Below, one piece after another: positions 56,040 through 64,000 of a DNA stretch of 64,000 nucleotides (position 1 is the stretch's first letter; every line of letters starts with the position of its first letter). The notes beneath the pieces were generated by a model. It did no database searches and was not told the origin of the DNA. It saw nothing but the letters and a program-made list of their open reading frames with translations. Made by a program: the position numbers and the translations under genes. Origin of the DNA: Eledone cirrhosa (taxonomy: Eukaryota); the NCBI GenBank assembly GCA_964016885.1, contig OZ024756.1, positions 22,382,001 through 22,446,000 on the forward strand, given 5' to 3'.

Positions 56040-56249
56040 GTTTCTTATATAGGCACAAGGCCAGTAATTTTTTTTTTGGGGGGGGAATCGATTAAATCGA
56101 CCCTGTGCGTGACTGGTACTTTATTTTATCGACCCCGTAAGGATGAAAGGCAAAGTTAACCTCGGCGGGATTTGAGCTCAGATCATACAGAGCTCTATGC
56201 TGCAAAGCATGGCGTCCGATCCTCCACCGATACTGCCAATCCACCGCCC

Positions 56250-56250
<1 letters not shown>
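56040..56250 (-). mobile_element. SINE copy adjacent to the LINE 3' end
   Basis: Full head GGGCGGTGGATTGGCAGTATCGG, body and tail. Confidence 0.85.
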
Positions 56251-56289
<39 letters not shown>

Positions 56290-56550
56290 TTTCTTTATTA
56301 ACCACAAGGGTTTACATAAAGTAGACATTAAGGACAGTGCAGGACAATGCAGGACGGTACAAATGGGCATTTCTGCGTGTAAAAAAAACAAAAACAGAGG
56401 ATGTAACAAAAATAACAATGAAAATAACAATGAAAAATTCCCCAATAGGGGGGAGACTTCGGAGGGACATTTGTGGAGAAAGCCCAGTAAAAAGCCACAA
56501 TGACCCTGACCACCAAGGCAAGTGCCCTCTCCCAGTTTTCCACCTTTAGT

Positions 56551-59500
56551 TTACAGATATATACTCAGAGTCGGCCCATTCACTCGGGCCATTCTTGCTT
56601 CTCTCACCCATCTTTCAACAAAATGCTGGGAAGAGAGCACTTCCTTCTCTACTCTGATTTTCCTTTTCAAATGAAATTTGAAAAAGTCAATCAGAGCATC
56701 ACCGAAGAGGTAAGTGCTCGTCTTCAGCCCTTTCAAACGTGTCCACCATACTATCTCTTTCGCCATGGCCACCAGACAGATAAAAACTGCCTGCCCTTCC
56801 CGGCTAAAGGAGGAGGGCGGGGCAATCCTCACGATAGACTCAGATGATAGCTGGATCCGTCCTAAACGCGACAGCAGGTGTTCGACATAAACCCACAAGT
56901 CAGCAATTTTCGGACACTGGACGAGTGCGTGCAGGACGGTTTCGTCGCCCTGCGCGCATCTCGGACATGCCCGGCTGACGGCACCTCCATGCCTGTAGAG
57001 TTTATCCCGAACTGGCAAGGCTCCTCGGTAGCACTGCCAGGCCAGAGATTTCTGGAAGTTGTCCATAGGCCCTGGCCCGAAAGTTCTTCCGAAGAGATTG
57101 GCTAGTTGATTTTCGTCGAGGCCTAGAGTTTCCCCAAGTACGTCGTCGCTCTTCCCCTCCACTAATCCTCTATAGAACGCCGAGGTGGAGTTTCCACCGA
57201 TCACATTGCCCGATTGGTCGAGGGCTGTGAGCGCCTGAAGACATTCCAGTCTCCAGGCGCTCCCTCTCGGTCTTCGCTTGACCCAGGACTGCAGCTCCGT
57301 CAAGGAAACGAGCTGGGGAAAAACGCGTCTAGCAAACGGCGACCACACCTGATCACCGTCGAGGAAGAGGTGGAGATGTCGTAGCCTGAGCGCGTGCCTG
57401 CGCATCATCAGCCACGGCATGCCCAGCCCTCCACGTAGCGGGTGTTGACAACAGATGGACCGCCTGACCATCGGAGCACGTCCCATCCACAAAAAGCGAA
57501 AGAGCAAACGCTCCAGCGCAGTCAGGCGAGGCTTAGGACAAGGTACGACGGTTAGGCGGTAGCAGATGACAGACGCGATGTACGCGTTAGCCACCTCCGC
57601 TCGACCTTTCAGGGATAGCTTCCTCTCCGCCCATTTCTGGGTGAGAGAAGCCACCCTGCTCGTCACCTCGTCCCAGTTTTTGTCCGTCTGGAGGTCCGGA
57701 CCGAACCAGACCCCTAGCAATTTAACCGGTCCGTCCGTCCAGCGCCCGACGACGCTGTTGGACGGCATGGACCTGCCTCTCCAGGTGCCGAGCTGCAGGC
57801 CCACTGACTTTTCCTGGTTGATCATTGCTCCTGTCACCGCTTCGTATTCTCTTAGTGTAGTGCCGATCGCCTCGATGTGTTTGGCGTTCGACACCACTAC
57901 GGTGACATCGTCCGCATATGCTGACACGGATCTTCCGCATCCTAGTTCGCGCGGGACTCCCCTCAACGTCTCCAGTTTGTGCAGTAATGGCTCGAGAGTC
58001 AATACGTACAAGAGGGACGAGAGGGGACATCCTTGGCGGACCGAGCGCATGATGTTGAACGGTTCCGACAGGTGACCGTTCACTCTCACCACAGAGCAGA
58101 TGTCGATGTGCATGGCAGCGATCCAGCCTCTGAAGACGGGCCCAAAGCCAGCCGCCCTCAGGACTGCCGCTAGGTAACGATGGTCGACCCTATCGAAAGC
58201 TTTCGACTGATCTAAATTGATCAAGGACCCACCCGTGCCAGGTTCCCTAGCTACCCTCTCTACGATGTATCGCATGAGGTGGAGGTTGTCGTGGATGGAT
58301 CTGTCGGGAATGGCGCATGTCTGCGCCTCTCCCACCAGACCACCAACGACAAGCGCCAACCTCTTTGCTAGCACCTTGGCCAAAATCTTAAACTCTGTGT
58401 TTAGCAGAGTTATGGGCCGGAAATTGTCTATGTTATCCCCCTTGTTCGGATCCTTTCTCAGCAGTGCCACCGCTCCTCGGCTCACAGAACTGGGAATTCT
58501 CCCGTTCTGTTGCCAGTTGCAGTAGACGTCCGCCAAGAGGCCTCCGAACAAGTCTGGCATCTGTACGTAAAGTTCATAGGGCAGACCATCCAAACCAGGC
58601 GATTTACCCCTTGTGCAGCCAGTCATTGCCTCCCGTACTTCAGCGGCTGTTATCGGCTTTTCGCAACACTTCGCCTCAGTGGCTGAGAGCCGCGGCAGTC
58701 CGTCGAGGTAGACACTAAAGTCCATCCCTCTACCCGGCCCCCCGCTGCCCCCGAACAGCTGAGCGAAGTGTCGCTGAAAAGCTTCACACATTTGCCCGGG
58801 ATCGAGTAGCATGCGCCCGTCGTGGTCCACCAAAGACCGGATCGTGGCTTTGTTGCCACGACGCGCCTCCGCCACTCGGGCCCATTGAACGGCTTTCGTC
58901 CCCTCGTGTCTGAGAGCACGCACCCTAGCTCTGACAACGCAGCCTTCGTGCTTTGCATTGAAGAATTGGTCAAGGGCCAATTTCGCCGCAAGCACGTCGG
59001 TCGCAATGCCTTTGCTAAGCGCCTCGTCTAATTTTCTAACTAGTTCTCCCTCTGCTCTATTTTTCTCTATTGCTAAAGCCTTACTAAACCTAATCGATTC
59101 TATTCTAATCGCTCTTTTCAGAGCAAACCACCACTTGTTGTTGACGATGGCCCCCGTCAACGCCCGCTTAACTAGTTCGCTAATCCGGTCTCTGTAGGCC
59201 TTGCGCGCTGGTAAGGACGCGTTTAGCTTCCAGTAGCCGGGTCCTCGTCTATGAAGCCTATCTAAGTCAAGCACACAGGTCACGAATTTGTGGTCCGTGT
59301 AGCTGACTATCTTGAATTGTGGACAGCCTATGCTATACCTATCTATTTCCCTACAAAATACTCTATCTAGATATGATCTGGATGACCCTATGCGGTTTGT
59401 CCAAGTCCACATTGGCACATTCGGGAAATCCAATCGGTACCTGTCAGACAGTTCAAAACGCCTGAGCAGGTTGGTGAGGCTCTTGCACCCTCCACCCCTA

Positions 59501-59970
59501 TCCGCTAATCCCACACAGTCCCAGCGTGCATCTAAGATCCCGTTCCAGTCGCCCACTAACACTAAAGAGCGGGACGTTCCAAGAAAGGTCTCCAGACGCC
59601 GGAAGAAATCAGGCCGCCCTGCTCCTGTCGGGGCATAGACGGCCACTAGCCTGAAAGCTTGCCCGTCTCCGCTGGTCACGTCCAGCACCACCAGCTTACC
59701 CTCTGGGTCCAGGAAGATGGCCCGTATGGCGAGATCCAAACCTCTCCGAAAAAGCACAGCAACTCCTCCACCCGATCCAGGACGGCTGGGAGATGCGTAC
59801 ACATCGTAGCCGCCGAAGATCGGTGCGAAGGCCCGTGCTTCGGAGATTCTGGTCTCGCTGATGGCCACTACATCTATGTTTAGTGACCTGAGGTCGTTGA
59901 GCAGGTGACCCTGCTTCCATGACGACCCCAAGCCACGCGCATTTATGCTGCCTATTCTGAGTGAGGTCAT
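56551..59970 (-). CDS. LINE ORF2 (L1/Tx1 clade): APE endonuclease, reverse transcriptase and C-terminal zinc finger, 1139 aa, uninterrupted
   Basis: APE motifs SINARGL, AISETR, LVAVYAP, LVGDWN, SYLDRVF, TDHKFV. RT motifs KSPGLDG, FRPITLLNTEFKILAK, LDQSKAFDRV, VRQGCPLS, AYADD. C-terminal CPRC...ETVLHALVQC and KLSLKGRAEVAN, typical of L1/Tx1. Confidence 0.97.
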   Translation of the reverse strand: MTSLRIGSINARGLGSSWKQGHLLNDLRSLNIDVVAISETRISEARAFAPIFGGYDVYASPSRPGSGGGVAVLFRRGLDLAIRAIFLDPEGKLVVLDVTSGDGQAFRLVAVYAPTGAGRPDFFRRLETFLGTSRSLVLVGDWNGILDARWDCVGLADRGGGCKSLTNLLRRFELSDRYRLDFPNVPMWTWTNRIGSSRSYLDRVFCREIDRYSIGCPQFKIVSYTDHKFVTCVLDLDRLHRRGPGYWKLNASLPARKAYRDRISELVKRALTGAIVNNKWWFALKRAIRIESIRFSKALAIEKNRAEGELVRKLDEALSKGIATDVLAAKLALDQFFNAKHEGCVVRARVRALRHEGTKAVQWARVAEARRGNKATIRSLVDHDGRMLLDPGQMCEAFQRHFAQLFGGSGGPGRGMDFSVYLDGLPRLSATEAKCCEKPITAAEVREAMTGCTRGKSPGLDGLPYELYVQMPDLFGGLLADVYCNWQQNGRIPSSVSRGAVALLRKDPNKGDNIDNFRPITLLNTEFKILAKVLAKRLALVVGGLVGEAQTCAIPDRSIHDNLHLMRYIVERVAREPGTGGSLINLDQSKAFDRVDHRYLAAVLRAAGFGPVFRGWIAAMHIDICSVVRVNGHLSEPFNIMRSVRQGCPLSSLLYVLTLEPLLHKLETLRGVPRELGCGRSVSAYADDVTVVVSNAKHIEAIGTTLREYEAVTGAMINQEKSVGLQLGTWRGRSMPSNSVVGRWTDGPVKLLGVWFGPDLQTDKNWDEVTSRVASLTQKWAERKLSLKGRAEVANAYIASVICYRLTVVPCPKPRLTALERLLFRFLWMGRAPMVRRSICCQHPLRGGLGMPWLMMRRHALRLRHLHLFLDGDQVWSPFARRVFPQLVSLTELQSWVKRRPRGSAWRLECLQALTALDQSGNVIGGNSTSAFYRGLVEGKSDDVLGETLGLDENQLANLFGRTFGPGPMDNFQKSLAWQCYRGALPVRDKLYRHGGAVSRACPRCAQGDETVLHALVQCPKIADLWVYVEHLLSRLGRIQLSSESIVRIAPPSSFSREGQAVFICLVAMAKEIVWWTRLKGLKTSTYLFGDALIDFFKFHLKRKIRVEKEVLSSQHFVERWVREARMARVNGPTLSIYL

Positions 59971-60005
59971 GTTTAAAATAGAGTGGAAAAGATGGGAAAG
60001 ACCAC

Positions 60006-62084
60006 TTACCGTACTTTTGGTAGAGGAGGGATGGTTTTTACATCCCTTTTCACTTGATCGTCTGGTGAAGGGATCGTTGAATCGTCCCTTCGGCTGGTCG
60101 TCGGCTCTTCTAAGAGAATGTCTGAGTATACTCTTCGATTGATGGTTCCTCCTAGGTCCCTGAAATCACCAACTGCGTTGGGGAATTTCGTTTTAATGTT
60201 TGTGTATTGTTTCTGTGCTATTTTTAGCAGTCTTATGTTAGTTGGCGTTTTGATTGGTGCTGGTATTATGTAGTCCTGTTGTGAAATGTCTGTGTGTTCA
60301 ATTATGTAAGTCATTAGTTTCTTGTTGTGTGTATTTATTGCCGTGCATTTGTTTTTCTGGGGGTGGGGTGTGGTTCTACTATTTTCTTGTCGTTGTTGCT
60401 GGGTGTGTGTGTTTTGTTGTTGTGTTTGCGATGTTGGTGCTTGTGGTGGTGGTGTTAAAGGTGTTGTTGGCGGTGGTGATGGTGGTGCTAGTGTGGGTGG
60501 TGATGGTGTTGGTGTTGTTGCTGCTGTGGGTCTCTTTGCAGTAGACTTTACCCTTTTCTCATTTCTTTCCTCCCTTTTCAAAGGCGACGATGCGCTGCTT
60601 CTGCGTTTGTGCCTTCTTACGACCTTTTGCCATCCCTCTCCCACCTCACACTCCATGTCTGATTCTGTGAGGTCGGGGAGGGGTACCAGCTCCACTCTTT
60701 CACTTGTTATTGGTGATGTTTGCACTGGAGTCTCTGTTGCAGCTGCATTTGGTATTGCTGTTGTTGTTGTTAATATTTCCACTGCTGCTGCTGTTTTTGA
60801 TTTCCGTGGAGTGGGTATGGGTGCCACGGACCTATCGTTCCTGATTGCCGCTTGTCCTGTTGCTGGTAGCCGTGGAGCCGGATTCGGAAGGAGGGGGGTT
60901 TTCTCCTTTCTCAGGGTCTTCTCGTTGCAGAAGGCCCTGAGGTGAGTCTTCGATCCACAGCGAAAGCATTTCGGGCGTTTGCCCTCAACACTTATGGGCA
61001 GTTGAGTGCCGTTATCGAAGTCTATCACATCCGGGATAGCTTCGATGCACTCCTGGTTGGTTTGGATTAGCATCTCAATGGAGGAGCCGACCCAATCTTC
61101 TCTTACTTTTTTCTGTACTTGCAGTAGAGTTGTTTTGTCCTCGATTCCGACGAGGACAGACGCGGCCAGCCAAGAAGGGGTCATTCCGGGGGGGACGTGG
61201 GTTAGTTTGACCCTCACAATTTTTTGCCCACAGTAGGAGGGCACCAACACCATTTCCTCGCTCCTTAGGGTCACTACTGATTGGGCCTTTGCCTCCTGGG
61301 GTGTGGCAAAAAGTACGTCTACGGTGGCATATTTTTTGCCTCGGGTGATGTGCGTTTTCCGCTGCCACACAGACCCCAAGGCTTTTTGTATTTGGGCCTC
61401 TGTGGCTCTTTCCACCCTACGGGAGTTTGTACTTACTGTACGGTACGTGACCGTACAGTGCTCTTGGGTTTCGAAAAATTTTTCCGCTGCCTTGCAGATT
61501 GCTCGGTGTCCGTTCTTTGTAACCATCTTCTTCGCTTCCTCTAATTCCTCATTTGTTATGAGGATTGTTTCCAAGTTTTTCGCAATACCTGCAAATGAGA
61601 TTGGTTTTTCTCTGCTGTTGTTGTTGTCGTCAGAGCTGCTGGTACTTTTGTTGTTGCTGCAGGTACTACGACTACTGCCTCCGCCGCTGTTGCTGTGGTT
61701 GTTGTTGGTGTTGCTGCTGCTAATGCTGTTGTTGTTTATGCTGCTGGTGATGCTGTTGCGGCTGCTACTGTTGTTTTCATTGTCACTGTTGCTGTTGTTA
61801 TTACGGCTGCTACTGCTATTATTCCTGACGTCAGACGAATGAACTGGGTTTTCGTATTTCCCGCACACCTGTTTCGTCGCTGTCGTCGTCGTCGTGGAGA
61901 AACCTTGCACGCTTTGCACGAGACTTTTCTTTTCTTTCGTCGCTTGCGAAAGAGAAGGGAGGGAGAGAGACACATTTAAAGAAGGGAGGGAGAGAGACAA
62001 TCTTCTCTCTGCTGTAGTGATGATTGAGGAAGAAGAAGACGGAATGAGTGGGAGTGACGTATGAAATTTCTTTTTGGTAGCCAT
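60006..62084 (-). CDS. LINE ORF1, gag-like nucleic-acid-binding protein (about 692 aa from the ATG at 62084)
   Basis: Directly upstream of ORF2 on the same strand. CX2CX4HX4C knuckle CFRCGSKTHLRAFC, GWQKVVRRHKRR basic motif, S/N- and P/T-rich linkers. aaaaacATGG start context; the track start at 62117 is a TTG. Confidence 0.9.
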   Translation of the reverse strand: MATKKKFHTSLPLIPSSSSSIITTAERRLSLSLPSLNVSLSLPSLSQATKEKKSLVQSVQGFSTTTTTATKQVCGKYENPVHSSDVRNNSSSSRNNNSNSDNENNSSSRNSITSSINNNSISSSNTNNNHSNSGGGSSRSTCSNNKSTSSSDDNNNSREKPISFAGIAKNLETILITNEELEEAKKMVTKNGHRAICKAAEKFFETQEHCTVTYRTVSTNSRRVERATEAQIQKALGSVWQRKTHITRGKKYATVDVLFATPQEAKAQSVVTLRSEEMVLVPSYCGQKIVRVKLTHVPPGMTPSWLAASVLVGIEDKTTLLQVQKKVREDWVGSSIEMLIQTNQECIEAIPDVIDFDNGTQLPISVEGKRPKCFRCGSKTHLRAFCNEKTLRKEKTPLLPNPAPRLPATGQAAIRNDRSVAPIPTPRKSKTAAAVEILTTTTAIPNAAATETPVQTSPITSERVELVPLPDLTESDMECEVGEGWQKVVRRHKRRSSASSPLKREERNEKRVKSTAKRPTAATTPTPSPPTLAPPSPPPTTPLTPPPQAPTSQTQQQNTHTQQQRQENSRTTPHPQKNKCTAINTHNKKLMTYIIEHTDISQQDYIIPAPIKTPTNIRLLKIAQKQYTNIKTKFPNAVGDFRDLGGTINRRVYSDILLEEPTTSRRDDSTIPSPDDQVKRDVKTIPPLPKVR

Positions 62085-62899
62085 GTTTTTTTGTTTAAAA
62101 TGAAATTTTGGGAACAAAACCCCAATAACTAGTTATTTAACCCCGAAGGGCCAAATAACGGACAGAAAGACCCCTCTCACGAGGAGGAGGGTGTCTTTAT
62201 CAACAATTTGGTTCAAGTTTTAAACAATTTACAATTGTTTTAACGGTTAAAAATTACTATACCTTACAGAGCCGAGCCTCCGTCAACCATGGCATTCAAT
62301 AATAATAATAATAATAATAATAAATGTGAAGACTAAAATCCGAAGAGGGCTTGATCAGGATAATATATATATATATATAAACATATTAATGAAGTATATA
62401 CATATATATATATAAATAAATAAATAAATGAAGTGCATATATAAATATATACACACACACATCATTAATATATTATTCGGTCACGCACATTAAAGAACAT
62501 GTCTTTTAAATTAACACATACATAAGAAGCAGCAGACACAAATGCGCATTTTCCACAATCTGTAAAGACACTAACTGAAAATGTAGAAATTATTCTGACA
62601 TTGGGGCACAATATTTTATATAGTTTGGCATTTCATTCATGGCTCGTTGGTTTCATATCAGCATGCATTAAAATATATGCTCAGATAGATTGAAATGCAT
62701 GAAGAAATTCTGCTCATCTAACATCAAAATACTAAACATTTACTGAATTATACATTAATTACATGTATTAAATCATAGGCTTTACAATGAATGTTTATAA
62801 ATGAAAACATTTAATTTTAAGCTTAACAATCAATAAATATGTGGGTAACATGACCGAAAGAATACGATCAGAAATACAAGTGACCGAAATGGGGTTCCT

Positions 62900-63655
62900 C
62901 TGAATGGTCTTTGGAGTAATGTTACTCCATAAAATGCGTAGCTCGCAGATCTGCGAGTCAATCCAGGTAGAGCCGCTAATTCTCTGAATTGAGAGATCAC
63001 AGCTCCGATACTACGAGCATGTGGTTAGAATGTTTAAGGAAAGAATGTGTAGCTTGGAGATTGGAGATTCACTCCAGGTAGAGCCGCTACTTCTGCTAAT
63101 TGAGAGATCACAGCTCCAATACTACGAGCAAGTGGTTAGAATGTCCTAGGAAATAATTGCTTCTACTTTTGGCACAAGGCCAGCAAATAACCCAGTGTAT
63201 TACTGGTACTTTATTTTATCGACCCAGTAAGGATGAAAGGCAAAGTTAACTTCAGCGGGATTTGAACTCAGAATGGCAAGGGTCGTAACTCTATGCGTCA
63301 AAGCATGGCGTCCGACCCTCCACCGATACTGCCAATAATGTGTAGCTTGGAGAGTCACTCCAGATAGAGCTGCTACTTCTGCAAATTGAGATATTACAGC
63401 TCTGATACTACGAACATGTGGTTAGAATGTCTCTGGAAAAAAATCGTTGGACAGCTTTTAAGGGCAAAACTAACCGGTTGGAGACCAAGGTAGAGACCCC
63501 GACCAAGATGATTTGATAACATCCATGGACTCGGCTGGTCTTGCTTGTGGATCCAGCCGAATCAACTGAATATGGTTGCTTGTGTCAGGACTTGCTGGAA
63601 TGACTTAAGAATCCTGTACCCCACACCCAAGAATAAGTGGGCGAAGATGAATATA
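62900..63655 (+). mobile_element. RTE-clade LINE 3' fragment with an internally triplicated segment
   Basis: QVEPLLLLIERSQLRYYEHVVRM-type segment occurs three times. The 3' end AAGAATAAGTGGGCGAAGA matches 11577-11597 (-). Confidence 0.65.
63158..63336 (-). mobile_element. SINE inserted in an RTE fragment
   Basis: Full body, interrupting the RTE repeat units. Confidence 0.85.
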
Positions 63656-64000
63656 TGTTTAATACAGTGCAGCTGAGAATTTTCATACTCAACGTCTAAA
63701 AAGATATCAGACATAGGACTTAATAGAGTTAACTTAAGAAAAATACATATTAAGTAACAGACAAATAACTTGAAAGAAGATAAGAAACCCAAGACAAAGC
63801 CTTTACAGAATACTAAGAAAATGCTAAAGCAGAACTATGTAACAAAAGTATCATTACAAAAACATGAGAAAGAGAGAGAGAGAGAGGGAGAGGGGGGAGA
63901 TGAGGAGAGAGAGAAATGGATGAGAGAGGGATACGGAGAGAAAGAGATGGGGGTGAGAGATGGGAGATACAGTTAGAGAGACAAAGTGGGAGAGATTGGG

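Larger units (their letters stand above)
56288..62298 (-). mobile_element. Full-length L1/Tx1-clade non-LTR retrotransposon inserted in (AAT)n
   Basis: About 215-nt 5'UTR, ORF1, 35-nt spacer, ORF2, about 260-nt 3'UTR ending CCTTGTGGTTAATAAAGAAATC. (AAT)n tracts on both flanks (about 56251-56287 and 62298-62323). Confidence 0.93.

Noticed and set aside
56878-59920. Antisense and alternate-frame ORFs within LINE ORF2
   Set aside because: Expected shadows of a GC-rich coding sequence; no recognisable motifs.

Overview
Eukaryotic, AT-rich, microsatellite-saturated DNA with no host protein-coding exon that I can support. The repeat content suggests a cephalopod (Octopus-like) genome, which is an inference. 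The only real genes are ORF1 (CCHC knuckle) and ORF2 (APE-RT-zinc finger) of an apparently intact, full-length L1/Tx1-clade LINE on the minus strand (about 56288-62298), inserted into an (AAT)n tract. A diverged 5'-truncated relative sits in an (ATCT)n tract at 18058-18801. About 30 copies or fragments of a tRNA-derived SINE, RTE and RLE-type LINE fragments, a mariner-derived MITE and a Tigger-like MITE are also present. Nearly all other ORFs in the track are translations of simple repeats. The most striking unexplained structure is a set of at least 7 sequence-unrelated families of short (150-500 bp) elements embedded in (TA)n tracts. They are often long palindromes, most carry a minimal type-I hammerhead ribozyme (CUGANGA...GAAA...NUH with a palindromic stem III and a pairing stem I), and several share a (T/C)GAGT(A/G)C motif 40-60 nt from the 3' end. 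This fits Penelope-like retroelement termini or retrozyme-like non-autonomous elements.
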